The notes under the pieces were generated by a model, which saw only the letters and a program-made list of their open reading frames with translations, had not been told where the DNA came from and did no database searches. Source: a virus (Duplodnaviria; Caudoviricetes). From it: DNA of 64,000 bases. Made by a program: the position numbers and the translations under genes. The stretch spans positions 3,273 to 67,272 of IMG/VR virus record IMGVR_UViG_3300021387_000301. One strand, written 5' to 3'. Positions 27,426 to 38,100 of the stretch are shown here, one piece after another (the stretch's first letter is position 1; each line of letters begins with the position of its first letter).

Positions 27426-30400
27426 ATGGATAAAGAACTAATGTTCCGCGTCGGCATCGACTGGGGCGAGAAAGGTTTAGCACAGATTCAGAAACAGCTT
27501 GATAGTTTCATTGACAACTACACAAGCAAGATGAAACTCCAGGTCGAAATGAAGGACATGGAGAAATTCGTCAGCCAGCTTAAACGCCTTGGTTCGGGCG
27601 AATATATGCAGCCGTTGCTCAATAAAATCGAGCAGGTGCAGAATCGTATGGATGCTATGGGCATCTATGGCCAAGCCTCCGTAGAGCGTCTGAAAACGGC
27701 CTATAACGAGGCTACGGCGGCTGTAGAGCGATACAATGCGCAGACCCGCGCTATGTCAAAAGACAGGGGCGAGGGCTATGCCGAGCGCCGCCAGTCCAAT
27801 GACATCTACAAAGGTCTTGTGGAGAACCAGCGTGTCGCCGCCGAGAACCTGCGTATGGCTCAGGAAGCCCTCGCCCGGCAGAATAGTCAGGCGGCTACCT
27901 CCAACGATGCCGTAGCACAATCCGAGAAGAATGCCGCGACAGCCGCCAAGGAGCAGGCCGAGGCCATCCGTCAGCTGGGCACGGAACTCTCCAAGGCTTT
28001 TGGTCAGACTGTCAAGGTCACGGGCTTTGAGCAGCTGACCGCCGATGTGCAGGCTCTTGTTCAAAATATTCAAAAACTCGCGCAGACGCAGCAGCAGACG
28101 CAGACATCGGGCGGTATGCTCGACCCGCAGAAGATTACAACACTCTCGGAAGCCCTCGACAAGATAACGGGGCAGGTCAATCTCCTGCGTAGCGCTTTTG
28201 AGAAACTTGGCAAGGATGATGCCCTGAAAGGTCTTACCACCACCATTACGGGGCTTAGGGAAACCTTGGCAGGGCTTAACAACGCTTTCAAGTTCGTCGG
28301 TAACACCGAGGAAATGGCTGCTTATGAGGCCAAGGTACGCTCGCTGCAAGAGCAGATAGTGAGCCTTGAAAATAAAGCCAACGGCCTCGCGGAAACCACG
28401 AAGAAACTCAATACCGAGTTCAAGACCATCGGCGAGGCCAAAGGCTCCGAGGCCACCCTTAACAAGAACCTCGACAAGGTGCAGGCCGCGTTGGAGAAAA
28501 TCACGCAGAGCATCGCAAAAGTCGGTCCAAGCTACGATATATTCAAAGCTGCGGGGTTGAGCGATGAGGGGCTGGAACGCAAATACGAACTGCTGCTTAA
28601 GTTAAGAGAAGCCTTGCAGGCCGCGTTGCAGAACAAAGACCTTATGGCCAAGCCGGGTGCTTTGAGTGCTATCACCATTATGGATGGTGATCGTTCTCTT
28701 ATGGCCCTCGGTGAAATGACCAAGGAGTTGCGGTCTGCCAAGGGTGCCTCCCAACTTGCCGCTGACTTCCAAAAAGCCGCCGCTGCGGCAGAGCAGATGC
28801 GTGCGGGCACACAGCAGACGAATCAGACTGTCGTCACCTTGACGGCCAGTGAGCAGAACCTCGCAGCCGCCTTGGCAAGGGGTTCGGGAGAAATGCGTAA
28901 CCAAAGCCAAGTCCTAAGTGACTTGAAGATGATGGCTATGCAGTATATCTCCGTTTGGGGCGCTCAGTCATTCTTAAACAACATCATCGAGACGGGTGGC
29001 CAGTTGGAGCAGCAACGTATGTCATTGGGCGCTATTCTCGGTGATATGAACAAGGCCACCACTCTATTCAACCAAATCAAGCAGTTGGCCGTCAAGTCGC
29101 CGTTCGGTGTCGTGCAACTCGATCAGATGTCTAAGCAGCTTGCCGCCTATTCGTTTGAATACGAAGAATTGTTTGAATGGACCAAGAGGCTTGCCGACAT
29201 ATCAGCAGCCACGGGAACTGAGGTATCACGCCTCGCCCTCGCCTTGGGTCACGTCCGTTCCGAGGGTGCTCTCTCTGGCTACACCCTCCGTCAGTTCTCT
29301 ATGGCCAACGTCCCTGTGCTGAGGATGCTGTCGGAGAACTTAGGCATTTCAGCCAAGGAGGTACGCGAGCGTGTCCGTGGCAAGGAGATCAGCGCTGAGG
29401 ATGTGCAAGACATCCTGCGTCAGCTTACCGACGACGGTGGTATGTTCGCCAACGCTCAGGAAACGATGTCCGAGGCTCTTAACGCCAAGTTCAAGAACCT
29501 GCGTGACGCCTTTGATATTATGTACGGTGAGATTGCCGAGGGAGGTGTCGGCGATGCGCTGAAAAGTCTTGCATCGACCTTGACCGAGGGCGCTAAACAC
29601 TGGGAGCGGCTTGGCAAGGACATCATCGAGGTGGCCGCAGCGTTCGGCATTGGCCGTGCCGCTATGGTGCTCTACAATAGGGCGCTCGGTTCAAACACCA
29701 TATCAGCATTGCGTAATATCAGCGTAGCCCAGCAGCAGGAGAACGCTCACTACCGCCTGATGCGTGCTGCTGATGCTATGACCGAGGCTGAATATCGCGC
29801 TATGATATTCAATGGCAGGTATTCAGCCAGCGGCATCAAGGTCGCTTTGCTGGAGAATAAGATTACCATTGCGGAACTGCAACGTGCCGTAGCTTTGGGC
29901 AAGGTCAACAAGCAGGTGGCTATGGAGGCTGTCGGCGCGGCAGGGCTAAACACTGCGCTGATAAGCAACATCCGCGTGCTCAAAGGCTGGCGTCTGGCTT
30001 GGTTTCTCGCCGCCGAGGGCATACGCAGCTTAGGTGTCGCCATCAAGGGTCTAATGGCTACGATGTGGCCTATGCTTGCCTTGACGGCCGTCTTTGAACT
30101 ATGGAACCGCCGTTCGGAGCAGAAAGACTTGGCCGCAGACACCGCCAACGCAATGTCGGGATCGGGTCGCGGCAAGGAAGCCTACGACCTCAATTCCATG
30201 CTCGGCGATTCTTCCAAGCTGAGTGACGAGGCTATGCAGGAGAACATCAAGACTATGGAAGATGCTCTCGTAGCCGCCGATGCCTACACCGATGCGCTTA
30301 GGGAGCAGGTCGGCCAGATTGATGATACCGCAGAGAAATACGACCTCTTGAAGAAGAAAGTCGGAGAGGTTGCCGCACAGCATGAGCAGAGCAAAGACAG

Positions 30401-33400
30401 CGAGGCGAAGTTGCTCGAAGAGGCTTGGAACGCTGGCGGTGGTTGGTTCTCCGACAATATGGCCGCTGATGCCAAAGACCATACCGATGCCGTGGCAAAT
30501 TTCTCCAAGCAGCTGACCATCAGCAGCAAGCAGATACGCGAAACCTTGCAGCAGTGGATGCAGTCGAGGGGTTTGTGGGATGATGCCTACGCTAATATGA
30601 CGGGCAAGCAACTCTACGAAAGCCTTTCCTCGCAGAACCAGCAGAGTTTCCTCTCCTGGGGCTGGAGCGCGCAGGGCCTTGATACGGAGACTACCGCAGC
30701 CATACGCAACATCGCTATAGCACGTAACAAGGTGATGAAAGCCTTGAACGAAATGCACGGAGAGCAAGGCGAAGAATTTGCCTCGAAGATTAAGGCCATC
30801 TACGAGGAAGCCTTTGCCGTGGACCTCGACAAAGCCTCCGACGAACAGAAGATTGCCTTTGACAAATGGCTCAAAGATACCATCGGCAGGGCAGAGAACC
30901 TTGCCGAGGACACCAAGAATGCCCTTCGTAATATCGTCATAGACTTCACCATCAAGCTCGTCCCGAAATACGAGGTGGCACAGCTTACCCCGGAGCAGCA
31001 GATCAAGGAGACGTTTGCTGGCAACACTTGGCTCGGCGACCTCTTCAATAAGGAGACCAAGGGCAACAAGGCTCAAAGGTCTCCCGAAACCGCCAAGAAT
31101 TTCCAAAAGCTACTCGGAGATATCACGTTAAGCAACATCGACAACGCATCGAAAAACATCAACAAGCAGCTGGATGAGCGCGAAGAGACGATAAAGAACC
31201 TCAAAAACACTATAGACAAAGGAGGTCTGAGCAAGGGCGACAAGGATAAACTACAAAAACGCCTTGACAAGGCCGAAGAGGAACAAACGTGGCTGGAAGA
31301 TGCTCTCTCTCATGTCGGCGGCACACGTCAGCGCAAAGGCAGCAAGAGTGGCAGCGGCAGGTCTGGCTCTACCGAGGACAAGAACGCCAAGCGTTTGCGT
31401 GAGCGCGTGCGCATCCTCAAAGAGGCAGGAGATTCCTATCAGTATTGGCGCAAGGCTGTAGGCCGTGGCGGTGCTTTCTCCCACGTCAACGATGAGTTCG
31501 GTGTATTGCTTGGTGAGCAGGGATTTAGCGTCGATAATGCCGACAAGCTGCGCGAGACCTTGGAGAACCTGCGCAAGGAATATGAGAAGTTCCCCAAGAC
31601 CAAGGCGATGCTCGAAGCCTTGAAGGAGATAGACAAGGAAATGGCACAGCTTGAACGCAAGGACTTTGAGGAAGCTGTAACGAGTATGACGAGCCAGCTG
31701 TCCTTCGATATCGAGGAACTGACCCGCAAATGGGAAATCTTCAATTCGGTCCTCAGCAGCACGGGCGACAGCGCTTTGGCAAGAAGGCTGACGGGTATCG
31801 CTCCGGGCGCTACGCCTGCCGACCTGAAACGCGCCAACCTTTCCTCTTTCGCGGGCGCTGACATCGACTACAACGCCGTCCTCGGTATGAGCGATGAGCA
31901 GATAGACCGCTATGTCGAAACCCTTGGTGTTTCCGAAACCAAGATCAAGGCCATTCAGAACGGCCTCAAAGACTGGAAGAAATCGCAGCAGGATATCGTC
32001 AAGAGCGACATCGAGCAGTATGCAAGGTGGCTCGCCTCTCTCGTAGACCTCGAATCCATACGCAACCGCAATCAGGAAGAGTACAACGAAACCCTGCGCT
32101 CCACCAACAGGCTTTTGAGTGAGGGGCTGATAACGCAGGAGGAAGCCGCCCGCAGGAATAACGCGGCCCTTGTGACAAAGAACAACAAGGATTGGCAGGC
32201 AACCTCTATGTACACCAATCTCTACAACAATTCGCTCGGTATGGCTCGCACGGAATTTGCTATGGCCTTTGAGTATGAAATGCAGATGTTGAAGTCGCAG
32301 CTGAAAACGGGTGCTATAACCTTGCAGGACTATGCCGATAAGGTAGAAAAGCTCAACCAGATAGCAAGGGAGTTCAGCCAGCAAGGTTTCCTCGGCATAC
32401 GCGGCGGCGTAGGCGCTTTCCTCTCAGGCGGTTCGAGCGGTCTCAGCCAATACTACCGCAACCGTGCAGCGACAGAGCGCACCAATGGCAATGACGAAAA
32501 CGCGGATAAATACACCAAGCGTGCCGACAACCTTGACAAGCAGCAGAAAGCGGGCGAAGAACTCATCAAGACCTTCCAAGACCTCTCTACTGCCGCCGAC
32601 TTGCTCGGCAATATGTTCGATGCCCTCGGTATGCAGGGAGCCGCCAATGCTTTCGGCGATGCAGCAGGTATTCTCGGAGGTATCGCAAGCGGTGCATCCT
32701 CACTCAGTGCTTTAGGCCCCTATGGTATGGCCGCAGGCGCAGCCATCGGTGCCGTGACGAGCATCGCACAGCTCCACGACAAACATCAGCAGCGGCTCAT
32801 CGACGCATTGCAGGACGATGTCGATGCCCTCGAAGCCAACACCAGTATGCTTCAGAATGTCCGCGACAGGGCTTTGGGCTATGACAGCGCACCTTTGCGT
32901 GAGCGGCTGCGCGCGCAATACTATGCCCCCAACAAACAGACATCTTTAGGTTTCTGGTATCGCTCTGCCGCGCAGAGGGCTATGAGCGACTACTACGGAG
33001 TGGGCAGCGGCCGCGACAGCTACGCTCAGGAACTTGCCAACCTCCAACAGCAGCGGCAGGACTATATGGATATGTACGATGCCGAGAACGGCAAAAAGAA
33101 GAAATCTCAGGATTCTCTCCGCGAATATCAGGAGAAGATTGCCGAACTCGACGACCAGATAATGAATTTCTCCGAAGACCTCGCCAACGACCTTTGGGGA
33201 ATGGATTTGAAAAGCTGGGCAGGTGAACTCAGCGACGCCCTCACAACCGCGTGGGAGAATGGTGAGGATGCGGCCAAAGCCTTCGATGATACCGTGGCAG
33301 ACATTATGCGCGATGTCGTAAAGAATATACTCAACCTTTCCCTCGTAGAGCCGATGTTTGAGCAGCTGAGGCAGCAGCTGTTCGGTGAGAACGGCGCTAT

Positions 33401-33884
33401 AAAATGGATTACCGACGCCAACGGCAACAAGATGGGCATAGACTGGCAAGCCTCGCAGGGCAATGTCGCTGCCGTTATCAACGACGCCCTCGGCGAAGGT
33501 GGCTGGATGAGGAACACCCTCGTTAGTGACTACCCCGCTATGATGGATGCTATGCAAGCGGCTATGCCCGACATCGACCTGCGCGGCACATCAAGCAGCA
33601 CGGCTTCCAACTCCATCAAGGGTATCACCGAGGCCACGGCAGACCTTCTCGCGGCATATCTCAACGCCATACGCCTCGATGTGTCGGTTAACAGGGCGCT
33701 GATTTCCGAATATTTCCCCTCGTTCCTCTCTACTATGACCAACGGCAACCAGTCGCTCGCCAATATAGAGCGTCATACGAGCGAGATAGCACGGCTCAGT
33801 GCGAGCATCGACCAAAGCACGGCAGAGACCTACTCTCTCATCCGTGGCTTGAAGAACAAAGCGTGGTCGGTGCCTATCGGTTAA
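27426..33884 (+). CDS. tape measure protein
   Basis: 2152 aa, helical; tape-measure domain QLAVKSPF...LGHVRSEG; promoter TATCTTTG at 27390. Confidence 0.92.
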   Translation: MDKELMFRVGIDWGEKGLAQIQKQLDSFIDNYTSKMKLQVEMKDMEKFVSQLKRLGSGEYMQPLLNKIEQVQNRMDAMGIYGQASVERLKTAYNEATAAVERYNAQTRAMSKDRGEGYAERRQSNDIYKGLVENQRVAAENLRMAQEALARQNSQAATSNDAVAQSEKNAATAAKEQAEAIRQLGTELSKAFGQTVKVTGFEQLTADVQALVQNIQKLAQTQQQTQTSGGMLDPQKITTLSEALDKITGQVNLLRSAFEKLGKDDALKGLTTTITGLRETLAGLNNAFKFVGNTEEMAAYEAKVRSLQEQIVSLENKANGLAETTKKLNTEFKTIGEAKGSEATLNKNLDKVQAALEKITQSIAKVGPSYDIFKAAGLSDEGLERKYELLLKLREALQAALQNKDLMAKPGALSAITIMDGDRSLMALGEMTKELRSAKGASQLAADFQKAAAAAEQMRAGTQQTNQTVVTLTASEQNLAAALARGSGEMRNQSQVLSDLKMMAMQYISVWGAQSFLNNIIETGGQLEQQRMSLGAILGDMNKATTLFNQIKQLAVKSPFGVVQLDQMSKQLAAYSFEYEELFEWTKRLADISAATGTEVSRLALALGHVRSEGALSGYTLRQFSMANVPVLRMLSENLGISAKEVRERVRGKEISAEDVQDILRQLTDDGGMFANAQETMSEALNAKFKNLRDAFDIMYGEIAEGGVGDALKSLASTLTEGAKHWERLGKDIIEVAAAFGIGRAAMVLYNRALGSNTISALRNISVAQQQENAHYRLMRAADAMTEAEYRAMIFNGRYSASGIKVALLENKITIAELQRAVALGKVNKQVAMEAVGAAGLNTALISNIRVLKGWRLAWFLAAEGIRSLGVAIKGLMATMWPMLALTAVFELWNRRSEQKDLAADTANAMSGSGRGKEAYDLNSMLGDSSKLSDEAMQENIKTMEDALVAADAYTDALREQVGQIDDTAEKYDLLKKKVGEVAAQHEQSKDSEAKLLEEAWNAGGGWFSDNMAADAKDHTDAVANFSKQLTISSKQIRETLQQWMQSRGLWDDAYANMTGKQLYESLSSQNQQSFLSWGWSAQGLDTETTAAIRNIAIARNKVMKALNEMHGEQGEEFASKIKAIYEEAFAVDLDKASDEQKIAFDKWLKDTIGRAENLAEDTKNALRNIVIDFTIKLVPKYEVAQLTPEQQIKETFAGNTWLGDLFNKETKGNKAQRSPETAKNFQKLLGDITLSNIDNASKNINKQLDEREETIKNLKNTIDKGGLSKGDKDKLQKRLDKAEEEQTWLEDALSHVGGTRQRKGSKSGSGRSGSTEDKNAKRLRERVRILKEAGDSYQYWRKAVGRGGAFSHVNDEFGVLLGEQGFSVDNADKLRETLENLRKEYEKFPKTKAMLEALKEIDKEMAQLERKDFEEAVTSMTSQLSFDIEELTRKWEIFNSVLSSTGDSALARRLTGIAPGATPADLKRANLSSFAGADIDYNAVLGMSDEQIDRYVETLGVSETKIKAIQNGLKDWKKSQQDIVKSDIEQYARWLASLVDLESIRNRNQEEYNETLRSTNRLLSEGLITQEEAARRNNAALVTKNNKDWQATSMYTNLYNNSLGMARTEFAMAFEYEMQMLKSQLKTGAITLQDYADKVEKLNQIAREFSQQGFLGIRGGVGAFLSGGSSGLSQYYRNRAATERTNGNDENADKYTKRADNLDKQQKAGEELIKTFQDLSTAADLLGNMFDALGMQGAANAFGDAAGILGGIASGASSLSALGPYGMAAGAAIGAVTSIAQLHDKHQQRLIDALQDDVDALEANTSMLQNVRDRALGYDSAPLRERLRAQYYAPNKQTSLGFWYRSAAQRAMSDYYGVGSGRDSYAQELANLQQQRQDYMDMYDAENGKKKKSQDSLREYQEKIAELDDQIMNFSEDLANDLWGMDLKSWAGELSDALTTAWENGEDAAKAFDDTVADIMRDVVKNILNLSLVEPMFEQLRQQLFGENGAIKWITDANGNKMGIDWQASQGNVAAVINDALGEGGWMRNTLVSDYPAMMDAMQAAMPDIDLRGTSSSTASNSIKGITEATADLLAAYLNAIRLDVSVNRALISEYFPSFLSTMTNGNQSLANIERHTSEIARLSASIDQSTAETYSLIRGLKNKAWSVPIG

Positions 33885-33901
33885 GACACCAGCACAAATA
33901 A

Positions 33902-33939
33902 AAGAGGCAGTCTTTCCAAACGCGGTCGGGCTGCCTCTT
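33902..33939. terminator. terminator hairpin between converging genes
   Basis: AAGAGGCAG...CTGCCTCTT. Confidence 0.6.
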
Positions 33940-33957
33940 CGCTATGACAAAGAAAAG

Positions 33958-34467
33958 TTATGGATTGAGAGACGATCTCACTTTAACGGAGCCTTCGGTT
34001 TTGATCTGGGCATATACCGAATGGCGCAGGACGGTCGCGTTGGCGTTATCCTTTGCGGTGACACGGATGTTAGCCTTGTCGTATGCGTGGATGAGCACAA
34101 AAGCGTTACCTTTGACTATGATGTCGGCATAGGAAACATCGGCAACATACACCTCGGAAACATTGCGGGCATTGATGCGCACCTTGCTGTTGCTGCGGCC
34201 TAACACAAGCGTTCTTTTTGGGTTGAGAAAAGAGTATTCGTCGTCGGCAGAAATTCCGACACTGCGGAGCATCGTATGCCCGAACTCACTGACCATAATG
34301 TCGGTGGTTATGAACCTTGTATCAAAATAGAAATCAAGATTCTTAAGGAACACCTGGATAAGTTTGTCCTTCTTCCATACGGTATTCCATTCAGCTGCAA
34401 CCGTTTCGCACATCTTATGCGCTACGGCCAATTCGCGCAGTTTCTTGTTTAAATCTTCTAATTTCAT
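33958..34467 (-). CDS. hypothetical protein with beta-repeat C-terminus
   Basis: MKLEDLNKKL...; TAACTTTG box at 34474-34481 almost abuts the ATG. Confidence 0.7.
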   Translation of the reverse strand: MKLEDLNKKLRELAVAHKMCETVAAEWNTVWKKDKLIQVFLKNLDFYFDTRFITTDIMVSEFGHTMLRSVGISADDEYSFLNPKRTLVLGRSNSKVRINARNVSEVYVADVSYADIIVKGNAFVLIHAYDKANIRVTAKDNANATVLRHSVYAQIKTEGSVKVRSSLNP

Positions 34468-34567
34468 CGGGGGCAAAGTTATATTATTTGCATAATCTAA
34501 CCAAAAAAAAAGCAGAAAATCATAACATTAGCTTTTTATTTCTAACTTTGCGAAAAGTTTTTACAGT

Positions 34568-35155
34568 ATGTACAAGAAATTTCTCATTCAGCAAATTAGA
34601 TACGATGGGGCCACGTATGAATGGCAGGGCGACCCTGTTGACACCCAGACGGCATACAACGTAGTATGCAAGGAGGCTCCGTTCAAATACAACCCTGAGA
34701 CGCGCGAGCCTGCCAAGAGGGTTTGGAACGACGGCCACGGCGAGGATGTATATATCCCTGCGCGCGGCATACGCCTCGAAGCCTATGACCTCGAAGTGAA
34801 ATTTCTTTACTCCTACGGTGACTACTCCGCATACGTCTATTCGGAAGCCCTGCCCACCTATCAGGATTGGCTTGCGGACAAGATGCACAAGGACCTCTGC
34901 GCCTTCACCGACTACATCACTTGCAAGAAGGATGAGGAAGGCAATATCCGCGAGGATAACCTCTCTGGCACTATGCTCGCCATCTACGATGAATACACTG
35001 GCAACGGCATCGTGGGAGTCTATGTGAAAGAGATTTCCTCGGATGCCTATGTCTACAACGAGGTGTCGGAGAAAGCCGTGGCCGAATTTTCCGTGACCTT
35101 TCGTGTCACCGACCCGATTACTCATCTTGACGAAAAACTCATAGAAAACGGTTGA
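34568..35155 (+). CDS. distal tail protein (Dit-like, putative)
   Basis: 195 aa after the tape measure; own TAACTTTG box at 34543. Confidence 0.6.
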   Translation: MYKKFLIQQIRYDGATYEWQGDPVDTQTAYNVVCKEAPFKYNPETREPAKRVWNDGHGEDVYIPARGIRLEAYDLEVKFLYSYGDYSAYVYSEALPTYQDWLADKMHKDLCAFTDYITCKKDEEGNIREDNLSGTMLAIYDEYTGNGIVGVYVKEISSDAYVYNEVSEKAVAEFSVTFRVTDPITHLDEKLIENG

Positions 35156-35156
35156 T

Positions 35157-38100
35157 ATGCAGACAAGGTGGAATATATACAGCAAGGCAGGTGCTCTCAA
35201 AGCTGTCACCGACACCCTCGAACTCCACGATGAATGGATGGGCGAGTGCTATGTCACGCTGACAATAGAAAGCCCCTCTCCTGTCGGCTTTGCCATCGAC
35301 GATTATCTCGACTATCGCGGTGAGCGTTTCATTATAGACTTCGATCCCTCCATCATCAAGGATGCGGAGCGTGACAGCTACGGCAAGGCTTTCGTCTACA
35401 ATGACATCAAGTTCGTACACGAGGCGCACTCCAAGATACTGCGCTGTGACTTTACCGACATAGTGCTGAGTGACAACCAATCGCACTACACCTCCCTGCC
35501 TAAGTTCCCGTTCTTCTGCGGCAGCGTGGATGATTTGCTCGACCGCATACAAGCCAACCTTGAAGAACTCTTCCCCGGAGAGTTTACCATAATCGGCCTG
35601 AACACCGTCCGTAATAGGTCGAGAGCAACCTGCGTCAGCCCTGCGGCCGTGAGCAGACAGGATGCGGAGTACCGCAAGTATGTCGACCCTTCGGGCGCTG
35701 AGAAAACCGATGATTACGGCGTACTGAATGTGGCGTTGACGGTTGATAACATCACCTGCTGGGATGCCCTTGCCAAGGTCAACGAATCCTTTGAACTCAA
35801 TTTCATTCTCCGTGGCTACACCATCATCGTAGGCACTTACGGCTCGTTCACGGCCAACAAGTTCAAGTACGGCAAGGGTAACGGACTGTATGAGATTGAG
35901 CAGGTCGCAGCCGATGGCGCGCAGGTCGTCACGCGCCTTAAAGCCTACGGCAACGAAACCAACCTCCCCCTGCACTACTACGCGCACGTCAAGGAAATGG
36001 GTTATACCACCGTGCGGTCTTACTCTGCTTCGGGCAACGGCTATCTCGTCACGCTCGACTTGATGTATAATCCCGCATATTTCAACGGCATAGGTCATTC
36101 CGATGTCGGTGTGGGATGGAGAGAGTTAGGTGTGCGGATAGGCGCTGTAAGCGGTATGGCGCGAGTGTACATCATCGCTACCGGGCCGCGCAATACTGAT
36201 TTCTATCTCGGCACGGAAGAAAACACCTCCGCCGTGGTGTCTGCCTTCGGCGCGGCCCTCGCAGCAGGCGCAGAGATATACCTTACGAGCGGTGTGGCAA
36301 CAAACCGCCTGCCCTCGGCTAATGTAGTGAGTACGCAGAGCGATACCTCTATTCCGAGCAATATGGCTATCAGCCGCCTTATGCTCCCTGGATTCCCCTC
36401 GCAGTCACTCGCTGATTGGGTAGCGGAAAATCGCCCCGAACTCATTGCGGAAGGCTTCACGTTTTCTACAAATCCCCTGCGGCCTTATATCGACTCCCCC
36501 AATGTGGCGCTGTACGGCATACGGCCGGGTAACATCTATTTTGATGGCAGCAACGAAACCGAGAACGTCTATCCCACCATTACCGAAATGGTAGTGGATG
36601 GTGTGGAGGTTGATGTTATCGCCGAGGCCGAGCAGATAACTGACAATGGTGTTTTTACTACCAATACCGATGTTCCTAATTTCAAGATAACCCTCCCGAA
36701 ACTCGGCTTTGCCCTTGATGCAGTCATAATGAGCGATGCCGCCATCGAAATGAAAGATGGTATGTGCGGAGCGCGCTCGTTCAAGATTGTCAATGTCAAG
36801 CCATTGGAAAATGGCCAGTGGCAGTGCGAGGTCGAGCGTACCGAGGATTCCTCGCTTCACCTTTGGTTCCCCTATGAGGATTTCCAGATACGTACTGGCG
36901 ACCACTACGTGCTGACGGGCATCGAGCTACCAGAGGAATATGTCGAGCAGGCGAGCGTGCGGCTCTTTGACGAGGCCATTCCTGCGCTGCGGGATATCCA
37001 CGCTCCTAAGTTCACTTGGCAACCCAAGATAGACGAGCTCTTTATGGCGCGGCAGAACGAGGCTGCGGAGCATAGTTCGGGTGTTGTTTCCCTGCACGAC
37101 AGCCTTTGTTCGGGCGACCTCTTTCTCTTTGAGGATGCCGACCTCGGCATAGACCTTGCGATGCCTATCGACATTCTCACTATCAAGGAGAATGACAAGG
37201 GCAACGGCATCCCCACCTATGAGATTTCCCTGCGTGAAGAGAAAGCCGTCACGGCCATTCAGCGCCTTACCAACAAGATAGACTCCATAGCCAACGGCAG
37301 CATACCTATCGCAGGCGGCAACGGCTCGGCAGGCGGTTCGGGCGACGGCATATCTATCGCCGTGGCCAAGCAGATGTTCCTCTCCAAGCAGGATGCCGAC
37401 ACAGCCCAAGGCCACATTACCTTTGAGGACGGCCTTACGAGCAACGGCGATGTCGATGTCAACGGGAACACTGAGACCGACACCTTGCAGGTCAATGACG
37501 ATGCAGGCGTGGGCGGGGATTTGAACGTCAGCGGCAACGCCACCATAGGCGGCAACGCTGAGATAAGTGGGAACACCACCCTTGACGGCAGCATCGGCAC
37601 ACGCGACTTCGAGCCTGGGGTGCGTGGCTGGCAGGCAGACAAGAACGGCAACATAGAGGTGGAGAGCCTAACCTCGCGCTCGTTCATTATGACCGAGGCA
37701 ATGCTCATCAACAGGCAACAAGGGCAGGAAGGAGATACCCTCTTCACTGAGAACGACCAAGTAGAGGCCGTGGAGAGTTTCATCGACGAGACTGACGGCT
37801 CCACGCATTATATTCTCACACTCAAAGAGAAATGGGAAGGTTATTTTACAGCCCAGCAGGTAGGTAATATCGTCAAGGGTATCGTCAACACCTTCGCCGC
37901 CAAGGATGCTGGAGTGAGTGACTACACCTCTTCGGCAGACCTCGCCTATCAAGGGCAGGACAACGGCGGCAACTACTACTACACCTCTTGGATGCATGTG
38001 GTGGCCACACACAACACGGCGCAAGGCAGGTTAGGTGTCAATCAGATAGAGGTAGTCTTGTTCGGAGATACCGAAGTGCTAGCAGGCAAGAATTTTCCTC

